Part shown: piece by piece, positions 28,101-36,822 of the stretch | Numbering within the stretch: the stretch's first letter is position 1 | Layout: each line of letters opens with the position of its first letter | Origin: Chthonomonadales bacterium | Lineage (GTDB): Bacteria > Armatimonadota > Chthonomonadetes > Chthonomonadales > Chthonomonadaceae | DNA length: 37,924 nt | Assembly: GCA_038217285.1 (NCBI GenBank) | Contig: JBBQPO010000020.1 | Location: 1 to 37,924 of the forward strand | Direction of reading: 5' to 3' | Position numbers and translations under genes: made by a program | Notes under the pieces: model-generated | The model's input: only the letters and a program-made list of their open reading frames with translations | What the model was told of the DNA's origin: nothing | Database searches by the model: none

Positions 28101-28525
28101 CACAACAGCGTACGCACGGCATTGCTACCGACAAGTATGACCGTCCATCCGCCGTAGAGGAGGCGATCGACAGCATGGACCTGGAGCCGATCCGCCGCCA
28201 GATAGGCGCGGGACTGAGCGAGGAACAGTGGTGCCGGTCGCATGCCAACTGCCGCTACGTCCACTGCTATACGTTCTTTCCAAGCCCCTACGCAAAACTG
28301 GCGGGCTTGGACGACACGGTCGAGGAGCGCTATACCGTCTGCACCGGAAGCGCCAGACGGAGAGACGTGCAGGGTGCCGAGGCGCGCTCCGGCATCGAGG
28401 ATGACGACGCCTTCTTCCTCCGGTTCGGGACACTGGAAGAGGCGGTCGCGTTCTGCCTGTACGACGACCTCGCGCCAATGGAAATCGAACTGTACCGAAC
28501 ACCCCGGCCCGTCTCCGCCTCGTAA
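28097..28525 (+). CDS. hypothetical protein (142 aa)
   Basis: Coupled start with upstream GGAGG/GAGG; acidic. Confidence 0.7.
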   Translation: MTQQRTHGIATDKYDRPSAVEEAIDSMDLEPIRRQIGAGLSEEQWCRSHANCRYVHCYTFFPSPYAKLAGLDDTVEERYTVCTGSARRRDVQGAEARSGIEDDDAFFLRFGTLEEAVAFCLYDDLAPMEIELYRTPRPVSAS

Positions 28526-28592
28526 GGAGGCTGCGGGCCATGACCCGGCGCTGTGCCAGAAGGACAGCGCCGATCCAGAAAGTGAGGAACCC

Positions 28593-29063
28593 ATGCGAGA
28601 GTACACGCCGCTCTTTGTCGGCTATGGGACTTTGGAAAAATGGATGCAGTCGCTGCTCCCGGACAGGCCGGTCCTCGCGATGCCGCTGGTCGAGCCCGGA
28701 CCGGAACAGTCCGGCATGCGGACAGACACCCTCGCCGTGGTCTGCCAGCAGATCGATGCGGACGGCCATGTCCATTACTGCCGCCTGCGGGCAGCCAGCC
28801 TGACCCGCTGCTGGGGCGAACCGTTCTCTGCGGACTGGCGGGAGCGGGAAGCGGCCTGGCGCTCGCTGTGGGACGCCGTGCAGGAGATCCTCCGGGAGCG
28901 CGGACTGACGTACCGGGGCGCGACAGTGGCACCGCCGCCACTGTTGCGGTTCCTGGAAGCGCAGGCCGAAGGCATCGCTTTCGATCCCGCCGCGAAACGG
29001 TTCGTGTGCCAAAGCGCAGAGATAGCGAGACCATCATTCATCGAAGGGGAACTGAAGCGATGA
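28593..29063 (+). CDS. hypothetical protein (156 aa)
   Basis: GAGGA RBS before ATG 28593; ATGA overlap with the next gene. Confidence 0.7.
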   Translation: MREYTPLFVGYGTLEKWMQSLLPDRPVLAMPLVEPGPEQSGMRTDTLAVVCQQIDADGHVHYCRLRAASLTRCWGEPFSADWREREAAWRSLWDAVQEILRERGLTYRGATVAPPPLLRFLEAQAEGIAFDPAAKRFVCQSAEIARPSFIEGELKR

Positions 29064-29368
29064 GCATCCTTATGGAGCAGTACGACCAGACACGCGACGA
29101 CTTCCCGCAAGCAATCGTGCTGATGCGGGTCGGGGACTTCTTCGAAGCCTACGGCGAAACGGCAGCGCAGCTCGCGGAGACGCTTGGGCTTACGCTCACC
29201 CAGCGCGAGGGAGGCCCAATGTGCGGAATTCCCCACCACATGGCCGAGAAGCGGGTGGCACAGCTTGTCGCCAACGGCAGGCAGGTCGTTCTCATGGAGC
29301 AATCCGAAGATCCGCGAGGAAAGCCTCTTGGCGATGTCGCGCGACACTGTGTGCAGTTCAACCCATAA
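29060..29368 (+). CDS. stand-alone MutS domain I (mismatch-binding domain) protein
   Basis: MEQY...IVLMRVGDFFEAYG...LGLTLT...PMCGIPHH...LV..G..V...EQ; 102 aa with no ATPase. Confidence 0.9.
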   Translation: MSILMEQYDQTRDDFPQAIVLMRVGDFFEAYGETAAQLAETLGLTLTQREGGPMCGIPHHMAEKRVAQLVANGRQVVLMEQSEDPRGKPLGDVARHCVQFNP

Positions 29369-29622
29369 CCTACTGATTTCGGAGCACCGGACAGGGGTAT
29401 ACGATGCGAGTAGAGGCGACGCCGTCACAGAGAACGGGCGCTTCCAGAACATGGTCGCTCAGGAGCACCAACCTTAGCGCTTCCCCGGTGCCGCAAGAAG
29501 AGGCGCGGCACCCGTACATCATCCGCCCGTATGCCGAATCTTGGCATACGGGCTTTTTCCTGACGTTCCAGGGACCTCGCGGCCCTCGCTGCAGACTATC
29601 GAGCCCGCGTGTTGCAGGATAG

Positions 29623-29890
29623 AAGGCAGCCGCTTCGCCTACGTACGGTTCTCCGGAGCATGATGCCCGCCTCTCCGCTTGGCAGGGATGCCAGATCTTC
29701 GCAGACTTTTTCTTTTTTACGGGCCGGGCGACGCTTTGCCGTGGTAGCCTACGTGTGTATCTGGAAACGTTCGCCGTGCCGGGACGTGCCGCTGACAGCA
29801 ATAGGAAGAGACGACGGAGGCGACTGTCGTGCACAATCGGTGCGTCGGGTGTGTCCTTTCTCCTTGTCGTTTCGCGGCGGGTATGCGGAG
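29623..29890. other. putative oriT region
   Basis: Non-coding gap before the mob operon; GCAC-AATCG-GTGC hairpin followed by GTCGGGTGT (29831-29852) resembles MOBF nic sites; T-rich tract. Confidence 0.5.
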
Positions 29891-29898
29891 GGAATTCC

Positions 29899-30411
29899 AT
29901 GTTCAGCAAACAGGAAGCGGCGGACTTCCTCGGTGTCAGCAAACGGACGCTGGAACGCTATGCCAGTCAGGGCCGCGTCCGGGCCATATACAGGAAAGGC
30001 CGGGGCCATCCGGTCCCTGAGTACGAAGAAGAAGACCTTTTGTCCCTCAAAGCAGGCCTGGAACCGGCGCTGTCGCCTCCTCCGGGGAAGGCCCTTCCAT
30101 CATCGGAACCGCTCAGCTTTCGGCTGGACGAGCACTACCTCAAGCGGCTCGGCGAGGAAGGCGAAAAGCGGGGAATAAGCGCAGGAGCCTACGCCCGTTT
30201 GCTGGTGATCGACGCGCTGGAGGAGGGAGAGCGGGAGCGGCTGCGGGGCGATGTGGCGGAGCTAAGGCGGCTTGTGGTGCTGATCGGCGAAGACCTGGCG
30301 AGCGCGACGCTAGCCCTCCTCGTCCACGGCGGCAACGTCGAGCAGGAACCGGAAGCGCGGGACTGGGTGCTCGCGAACCTCCTGACAGCGGGCGGGCGAA
30401 AGAAGGAATAG
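29899..30411 (+). CDS. relaxosome accessory protein: excisionase-like HTH + ribbon-helix-helix
   Basis: SKQEAADFLGVSKRTLERY (HTH_17); LSFRLDEHYLKRL...RGISAGAYARLLV (RHH); GGAGG RBS. Confidence 0.8.
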   Translation: MFSKQEAADFLGVSKRTLERYASQGRVRAIYRKGRGHPVPEYEEEDLLSLKAGLEPALSPPPGKALPSSEPLSFRLDEHYLKRLGEEGEKRGISAGAYARLLVIDALEEGERERLRGDVAELRRLVVLIGEDLASATLALLVHGGNVEQEPEARDWVLANLLTAGGRKKE

Positions 30412-30415
30412 GAAG

Positions 30416-32833
30416 ATGCTCTCGGTAGCGGCGATGGGAAGCGGGCAGGGGGAATACTATATCGGGCTCGCACAGGCGGACTATTACGCGGCAGGCGGCG
30501 AACCGGAGGGGCGCTGGATAGGCCGAGGAGCCGAAAGGTGGGGTCTCGCCGGAACGGTCGAGGCGGAAACGTTCCGCAACCTGCTGACCGGCCGTTCCCC
30601 AGACGGGCAGAGGAGCCTGACCGGAAAGGGGAACGGGCGTGGCCATCGTCCAGGATACGACCTCACGTTCAGCGCCCCGAAGAGTTTCAGCGCCCTCTGG
30701 GCGGTATCCGGACCGTCGCGCCAAAGCCTGTTGGAGAGCATCCATACTCGTGCCGTGAAAACCGCGATCGACTATATCGAGGACAAGGCCGCCTATACCA
30801 GGCGTGGCAAAGGGGGCGTGAAACTGGAGCGTGTGGGCCTGGTCGTCGCGGCGTTCGAGCACGAATCGTCCCGGTCGCTGGACCCGCAGATGCACACGCA
30901 TGCCCTTGTTATGAACGTCGCCCCCAGGGTGGACGGGACGACGGGCACGATCGAGAGCTTTCTGCTCTTCCAACACAAGATGGATGCCGGAGCGATCTAC
31001 AGAGCGGAACTGGCGGCGCTGCTGGCAGGAGAACTCGGGCTGGACTGCGTTCCGGACGGCACCTCCTTCCGGATCGAAGGGGTGCCGCAGGAACTGTGTC
31101 AGGCGTTCTCCAGGCGCCGGGAGCAGATCCTGGAAGCGCTGGATCGGCGGCGCGCGGAGGGCGCGCGGGCCGCCGCCACGGCGGCACTGGATACGCGGGC
31201 CGCAAAGGTGTCTGTATCGCACGAGCGCCTGCTCGGCCAGTGGCAGGCCGTCGGGCGGGGCTACGGCTTCGCCCAGGACCGGGCGGACCGGCTCAAAGGC
31301 GGGCAGGTACGGTATCCGAGCGTCAGCCCAGAAACCGTCGCCCGCATGGCCGTCGGGGAGATCACGCAGCGCCAGAGCTGCTTCACCGAGCGCGAAGTCG
31401 TGCGGAAGGTAGCGGAACTGGCCCCGGTTTGCGGCATGGACGCCGCCGCTGTCCGGTCAGCGACTACAACGTACCTGCGCTCGCCGGAAGCGGTTCGCCT
31501 GGGGCCTCCCGCTCCCGAAGCGATCTATACGACGCGGGAGATGCTGGACCTGGAGGAAGGCATGCTCGCCTGCGCCAGGCGGCTGCGCATCGGGGCGTTC
31601 CATAGGCTGAAGGAAGAGACGCTGCAGACGGTTTTCGCGGAGCGCCCGCGCCTGGGATACGAGCAGCAGAACGCCCTGCGCCATATCGCCCGGAAACCGG
31701 GAAACATCCATGTTATCTCCGGGCTCGCGGGCACCGGCAAGACCTCCCTGGCAGAAGCGATGCGCCTCTGCTTCGAGCGGGAAGGGTACCGGGTTGTCGG
31801 GGCAGCGCCGTCAGCGAAGGCGGCACGGGGCTTACAGGAAGGGGCAGGCATCCGGTCGGACACCCTGCACCGGACGCTCTTCGACCTGAGCCACCCGGAT
31901 TGCGGGCTGTCGCCCAAAAGTGTGGTCGTCCTCGACGAAGCCGGAATGGTCGGAACCCGGCAGATGGCAGAACTGCTCGACATCGTGGAGCACGCAGGCG
32001 CGAACCTCGTCCTGATCGGCGACGCGCGGCAGCTGCAGCCGATCAATGCCGGAGGGGCATTCGCGGCCCTTGGTGCCGAACTCGGCCAGGCGGAACTCAC
32101 CCGCATCGCGCGGCAACACGAGAAATGGCAGCGTGAGGCCGTTGTCAGCATGGCGGAAGGCGATGCGGCGGCAGCGCTCGGGGCTTATGCGGATCACGGT
32201 CAGGTCCGGATCGAGGAGGACCGGATCGGCGCGATGCGCGCCCTGATCGCGGACTGGCGGAAAGAGGACGCGCTTCCGGAGAAGGACCGCCTGATCTTCG
32301 CGGCGACGAATCGGGACGTGGGACTTTTGAACCTGCTCGCCCAGCGGGCACTCCAGGAGGACGGCGCGCTCGGGCAGCGGAAGGCCGCGGTCGGCGACGT
32401 GACGGTCTTCGAGAACGACCGCGTGTTGTTCGTCAGGAACGACCGGGTGCGCGGCGTGCAGAACGGATCGCTCGGCACGGTCTCCAGCATCGGCAGCGGC
32501 ATCGTGGCGGTCCGACTGGACTCGGGCACGGTGGTGAGCTTCCCGGCGGAGGCGTACCGCCACCTGCGCCTCGGCTACGCCGTGACGACCCACAAGGGCC
32601 AGGGCGTAACGGTCGAACACGCTTCCGTGTTGCTTGGTGCGGACATGCAGGACCGGGAGCTCTCCTATGTCCAGCTCTCCCGCTCGCGCGGGGGAACGAT
32701 GCTGTACGCGGACCGGGATTCGGCGGGCGAGGAACTCGCTGACCTGGTAGGGCGGATGGGCGTCTCGCACCGGAAGGAGATGGCCCTGGATACGCTGGCG
32801 CGGCAGGGACAGGCCCTGTCGCTCGCACGGTAA
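30416..32833 (+). CDS. mobF: MOBF (TrwC-like) relaxase-helicase
   Basis: EYY...DYY, GYDLTFSAPKS, HESSR..DPQMHTH; helicase GLAGTGKT, LDEAGM, GYAVTTHKGQG. Confidence 0.95.
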   Translation: MLSVAAMGSGQGEYYIGLAQADYYAAGGEPEGRWIGRGAERWGLAGTVEAETFRNLLTGRSPDGQRSLTGKGNGRGHRPGYDLTFSAPKSFSALWAVSGPSRQSLLESIHTRAVKTAIDYIEDKAAYTRRGKGGVKLERVGLVVAAFEHESSRSLDPQMHTHALVMNVAPRVDGTTGTIESFLLFQHKMDAGAIYRAELAALLAGELGLDCVPDGTSFRIEGVPQELCQAFSRRREQILEALDRRRAEGARAAATAALDTRAAKVSVSHERLLGQWQAVGRGYGFAQDRADRLKGGQVRYPSVSPETVARMAVGEITQRQSCFTEREVVRKVAELAPVCGMDAAAVRSATTTYLRSPEAVRLGPPAPEAIYTTREMLDLEEGMLACARRLRIGAFHRLKEETLQTVFAERPRLGYEQQNALRHIARKPGNIHVISGLAGTGKTSLAEAMRLCFEREGYRVVGAAPSAKAARGLQEGAGIRSDTLHRTLFDLSHPDCGLSPKSVVVLDEAGMVGTRQMAELLDIVEHAGANLVLIGDARQLQPINAGGAFAALGAELGQAELTRIARQHEKWQREAVVSMAEGDAAAALGAYADHGQVRIEEDRIGAMRALIADWRKEDALPEKDRLIFAATNRDVGLLNLLAQRALQEDGALGQRKAAVGDVTVFENDRVLFVRNDRVRGVQNGSLGTVSSIGSGIVAVRLDSGTVVSFPAEAYRHLRLGYAVTTHKGQGVTVEHASVLLGADMQDRELSYVQLSRSRGGTMLYADRDSAGEELADLVGRMGVSHRKEMALDTLARQGQALSLAR

Positions 32834-32846
32834 GGGAGGATCGGAT

Positions 32847-34481
32847 ATGGAACAGATACAGTCGTGGCTCTGGACGAATGTCGTGATACCGTTCCTGGTC
32901 CTGCTCGGCATCGTCGCGGTCGTTTACCTGCTGTCCCTGTCGAAGGAAGAGAAGGAGGACGACACGTTCATCCGCGGGCGGAAGCTTGTTTCCCTGGAGC
33001 AGGCGCGGCAGGCTGCCCTGAAGATGCAGCCGAAAGGGGGCGAGCGCCTCTGCTGGGGCGGGCTCGACCTTCCCATGTCCGTGGCGACAACCCACTTCGC
33101 CGTCGCCGGCTGCTCCGGAAGCGGCAAGACCCTGACCATCCAGCTCCTGCTGAACTCGGTCCTGCCCGGGATCGCCCCTGGCAGCGACAGGCGGGCGCTC
33201 ATTTATGATCCGAAGAGAGACGCCATGGGCCTGCTGCACGGCATGGGCCTGCAGGTGCCGGTCCGCACCCTGAACCCCTTCGACGCCAGAGGGGTGGCAT
33301 GGGACCTTGCAAAAGACCTGACCGGACCGTCCACGGCCTTCCAGATGGCGTCGCTGCTGATCCCTGCGGACCCGCATGCCAGCCAGCCGTTCTTTACCAA
33401 AGCGGCCCAGCACCTCTTGTACGGGGTACTGCTGGCGCTCATGGAGCAGGCCGGGAACGCCTGGACGTTCGCCGACCTGGTGTACGCCATGCAGTCGCAG
33501 GCGCGCATCCGGGAACTCCTTGCCCTCTCGCCGCGCACGGAGGAACTCATCGACCTGTACCTCGGCGTTCCCGAGAGGGCCGCCGACATCCTCGCCACGG
33601 TCGCCACGAAGATGGCGCCCTACGGCTTCGTCGCCGCCGCCTGGAGCCGGGCGGAGGAGAAAGTCAGCCTGACGGACTGGCTGGCCGGGGAATCCGTCCT
33701 GGTGCTCGGCAGCGACGAGGCCAACCGCCAGGCGATGGGCGCGATAAACCAGGTCATCTTCAAGCGCGTCAGCGAGCTGGTCCTCAGCCAGGCCGAGACC
33801 ACGGAGCGCCGGACTTGGATCGTGCTCGACGAGGCCAGGCAGGCAGGCTTTCTGGACGGGCTGGACAGCCTCCTCGTGGCCGGCAGGTCGAAAGGTGCCG
33901 CCGTCGTGCTCGGCTTCCAGGACATCTCCGGAATGCGCGAAGTCTACGGGGACAAAGTGGCGAACGAGCTGGTGGGCCAGTGCGGACACGTGGCGGTCCT
34001 GCGCCTGGCCAGTCCGGCGACGGCGCAATGGGCCGCGGACCTCTTCGGCTCCTACGAGCGCTACGACGAACATGCAAGCGATACCGCGAGCGAGGGCGAC
34101 CACGGGGACACCTCCAGCACGACGCACAGCAGGCATCGCGCCAAACGGGAGGCGGTGCTCGGCTCGGAGTTCCTGAGCCTGCCTCCGACCTCCCTCCCGA
34201 ACGGCCTCGGAGGCTTCTGCCTCGTGCCGGGGGTGGGCGCCTACCGCATGGCGCTGACGGGCGAGTGGCTGAAAGAGCGGCTTCCCACGCCTGATCCGGA
34301 CGTGCCCGGGTTCGTGCCGCGTCCGGAAGCGGAGCAGCACCTTTCCGCCTGGAGCGCGGAAGACCGTGAGCGGCTCGGACTGAAGGGCGATGCCCCGCAG
34401 AAGGAGCCGGCTCGCAAGGGACGGACGGCGGCCCGCGCAGGGGGCCTGGGCGACCTGAAAGGCGTCCGGCAGGACGGATAG
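32847..34481 (+). CDS. type IV coupling protein (TrwB/TraD-like)
   Basis: N-terminal TM helix, Walker A GCSGSGKT, IYDPK, NPFDAR, Walker B IVLDE, GRSKG...GFQ. Confidence 0.93.
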   Translation: MEQIQSWLWTNVVIPFLVLLGIVAVVYLLSLSKEEKEDDTFIRGRKLVSLEQARQAALKMQPKGGERLCWGGLDLPMSVATTHFAVAGCSGSGKTLTIQLLLNSVLPGIAPGSDRRALIYDPKRDAMGLLHGMGLQVPVRTLNPFDARGVAWDLAKDLTGPSTAFQMASLLIPADPHASQPFFTKAAQHLLYGVLLALMEQAGNAWTFADLVYAMQSQARIRELLALSPRTEELIDLYLGVPERAADILATVATKMAPYGFVAAAWSRAEEKVSLTDWLAGESVLVLGSDEANRQAMGAINQVIFKRVSELVLSQAETTERRTWIVLDEARQAGFLDGLDSLLVAGRSKGAAVVLGFQDISGMREVYGDKVANELVGQCGHVAVLRLASPATAQWAADLFGSYERYDEHASDTASEGDHGDTSSTTHSRHRAKREAVLGSEFLSLPPTSLPNGLGGFCLVPGVGAYRMALTGEWLKERLPTPDPDVPGFVPRPEAEQHLSAWSAEDRERLGLKGDAPQKEPARKGRTAARAGGLGDLKGVRQDG

Positions 34482-34529
34482 GAGAGAAGGGCCCGGGAAC
34501 GGCCCATTACTTACGGAAGGAGAACGCTA

Positions 34530-34847
34530 GTGAACGATCTGACGGAACGCTTCAGGGAGGCCACGTGGCCGCACCGCATCGCCATGGTCATCTGCGCCGC
34601 CGTACTGGTCGGCGGGGCAGTATGCGCCATCAGGGTCTGGGTCATCCCGCTGTGCCTGCGCGCCTATTCCTTCCTGGTCGAGGCCGCGATCGGCTACGGC
34701 TTCCTGACGCTGATGGCCTCCATCTTCTCCCCGGCGACGGGCAAGAAGATGGCCGAGCTCGGCGTCGCCGTCTTCGAGCGGCTGCTGGTCGACCCGCTGC
34801 TCATGCTTTTCCGGGCCGGGAAGAAGAAGAAAAAGGATGTCCGGTAA
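34530..34847 (+). CDS. small membrane protein
   Basis: AAGGAG RBS; two hydrophobic helices and a basic tail. Confidence 0.7.
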   Translation: MNDLTERFREATWPHRIAMVICAAVLVGGAVCAIRVWVIPLCLRAYSFLVEAAIGYGFLTLMASIFSPATGKKMAELGVAVFERLLVDPLLMLFRAGKKKKKDVR

Positions 34848-35007
34848 CTGCCTTGAGGGCGGGGCTAACCGGTACTGCGGGCCCCGCCCGGCCGACCGCC
34901 GATCAAGCCTGGCGGCAAGGGAAAAAGCATGGGCGTGACGACGCGCTTGCCATGCTAGCTCCCTCCTGGGTCGCCCGTGCCTCCTTCAGGCCTATACAGC
35001 GCGGCGC

Positions 35008-35057
35008 GTTGCAGGAAAGCAACGCTGATGGGAAACAGCGCCTTTCCCGCCTATGAT
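35008..35057 (+). promoter_or_regulatory. GTTGC-N6-GCAAC box plus -10 TATGAT upstream of xis-int
   Basis: Perfect box 35008-35023, 28-nt spacer, TATGAT 35052-35057. Confidence 0.7.
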
Positions 35058-35126
35058 CGCCCCGACCGGCCCAGCAGAGGACGCCTGACTGAATCCGATT
35101 GGGCTTACCGCTTGGGAGAAACAACG

Positions 35127-35360
35127 ATGGGTATGTACGAACTGGACCGGTTGCCGGATGTGCTCACGGTCGATGAGACCGCAGGCGTTCTCCGGCTGGG
35201 GCGAAATACGGTGTACGAGGCTATCCGGGAAGGCCGATTGCCCTCCATCCGTATACGGCGCCGGATCCTGATACCGAAAGCGGCGCTACGGCGATGGCTC
35301 GACGGGGGCGGCACGCGTCCAGAGGAGGTTCCGACCGCCGGACCTCAAAGAAAGGCATAG
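35127..35360 (+). CDS. xis: excisionase (HTH_17)
   Basis: LTVDETAGVLRLGRNTVYEAIREGRLPSIRI..RILIP; directly before the integrase. Confidence 0.9.
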   Translation: MGMYELDRLPDVLTVDETAGVLRLGRNTVYEAIREGRLPSIRIRRRILIPKAALRRWLDGGGTRPEEVPTAGPQRKA

Positions 35361-35433
35361 CCCGAAGCGCACCGCTTCTTCCGGGAGCGTGCTTTGCCGA
35401 ACGGTATCGCCGACGACACGAAAGGAGCATGCG

Positions 35434-36630
35434 ATGAAAGGCCACATTGTCAAGCGCAGCGAGACGTCCTGGTCGCTCGTATTCGACATCGGGCAAGACG
35501 AGCAGGGAAAGCGCAAGCAGAAGTGGGTGACGGTACAGGGTACCAAAAAGGAGGCCGAGCGTGAGCTCACCCGCCTCCTGCATGAGATGAACACCGGCAT
35601 GTACGTCGAGCCTTCGAAGATGACGGTCACGGAGTACCTGGAGTACTGGCTCGAACACTACGCCAAGACGAACGTGGCCACGAAGACCCTGGACGGGTAC
35701 CGCGAGTCCATCCGCGTCTACATCGTCCCGCAGCTCGGGAAGCACCAGCTGGCGAAGCTTCAGACCGCCCACATCCAGGCGTACTACGCGTACGCGCAAC
35801 GGGAGGGACGCAAGCGCTTTCCCGGCGGCCTGTCCGCCCGCAGCGTCCTGCACCACCACCGGGTGCTGCGCGAGGCGCTGCAGCAGGCCGTGAAATGGCA
35901 GTTCCTCGGCAGGAACCCGGCCGACGCCGTCGTTCCCCCGCGACCGGAACGGACAGAGATGAAGGTCCTGGACGAAGCGCAAACCGCACGCCTCCTGACG
36001 GTGGCGGAGGGAACACGGTTCTACCTGCCGGTGCTGGTTGCGGTGACGACCGGCCTGCGGCGGGGCGAGGTGCTGGGGCTGCGCTGGGAAGACATCGACC
36101 TGGATGCCGGGATGCTGTCCGTCCGGCAGTCGCTCGGGCAGACGCGGCAGGGACCCCAGTTCAAGCCGCCCAAGACCGAAAAGAGCCGCCGGGGCGTGAG
36201 CCTTCCTGCCCTGACGACAGAGGCGCTCCGTCGCCATCGGGAGGAGCAGCAAAAGGAAAAGGTGTTGCTGGGAGATGCCTACCAGGACAAGGGCCTGGTC
36301 CTCGCCAACCCTATCGGGGAGGCCTGGACGCCGAACGCATTGACCAAAGGCTTCGGGTTCCTGCTGGCGAAGCACGACCTCCCGCGGGTCCGGTTCCATG
36401 ACCTGCGCCACACCCACGCTACCCAGTTGCTGCGGCAAAAGGTCCATCCGAAGGTCGTCAGCGAGCGTCTCGGCCACTCTACCGTCAACCTGACGCTGGA
36501 CACCTATTCCCACATCCTGCCGGGGATGCAGGAAGAAGCGGCCGAGGGGGTCGACAAGGCGCTTCGCCAGGCCTTGCAACGGAACACTCCTGAAGCAGGC
36601 ACCGGGGGCAAAGAAGGGAAGAAGAAATAA
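35434..36630 (+). CDS. int: tyrosine integrase (ICEBs1/phage-type with N-terminal arm-binding region)
   Basis: TGLRRGE, PPKT, RFHDLRH, LGHS...DTYSH; AAAGGAG RBS. Confidence 0.96.
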   Translation: MKGHIVKRSETSWSLVFDIGQDEQGKRKQKWVTVQGTKKEAERELTRLLHEMNTGMYVEPSKMTVTEYLEYWLEHYAKTNVATKTLDGYRESIRVYIVPQLGKHQLAKLQTAHIQAYYAYAQREGRKRFPGGLSARSVLHHHRVLREALQQAVKWQFLGRNPADAVVPPRPERTEMKVLDEAQTARLLTVAEGTRFYLPVLVAVTTGLRRGEVLGLRWEDIDLDAGMLSVRQSLGQTRQGPQFKPPKTEKSRRGVSLPALTTEALRRHREEQQKEKVLLGDAYQDKGLVLANPIGEAWTPNALTKGFGFLLAKHDLPRVRFHDLRHTHATQLLRQKVHPKVVSERLGHSTVNLTLDTYSHILPGMQEEAAEGVDKALRQALQRNTPEAGTGGKEGKKK

Positions 36631-36682
36631 CGTACCGTCTGACTTACGTTCAAACGGCAGTCCTGCCGAAAACAGCCATTCC

Positions 36683-36717
36683 GCCGCTAAACGAGTTCAA
36701 CTCGTTTAGCGGCTTTT
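36683..36717 (+). terminator. strong hairpin terminator between convergent genes
   Basis: GCCGCTAAACGAGTT-C-AACTCGTTTAGCGGC followed by TTTT. Confidence 0.85.
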
Positions 36718-36822
36718 CAAACCCGACGCTTTTCGAGGAAGGTTGCCCGTTGGCTACGCTCGTCGCTATCACAGCCCGGAAGATGGTCAGAAGTGGCGGC
36801 AAGCGACGAAACGCTCCTATTC

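Larger units (their letters stand above)
3507..36713. mobile_element. composite integrative mobilizable element (boundaries approximate)
   Basis: Int/Xis + MOBF + T4CP without MPF genes, plus a rep/ori module; one shared regulatory box from 4873 to 35023; att sites not found. Confidence 0.5.

Noticed and set aside
29404-29622. 72-aa ORF after MutS_I
   Set aside because: No recognisable motif and weak coding signal; left uncalled
32433-36579. Long minus-strand ORFs (635 aa, 452 aa) and similar shadows such as 9024-10061
   Set aside because: Antisense to well-supported genes in GC-rich DNA, with no motifs
36631-36720. att site or tRNA 3' end after the integrase
   Set aside because: No tRNA-like sequence and no matching direct repeat found by eye elsewhere in the window
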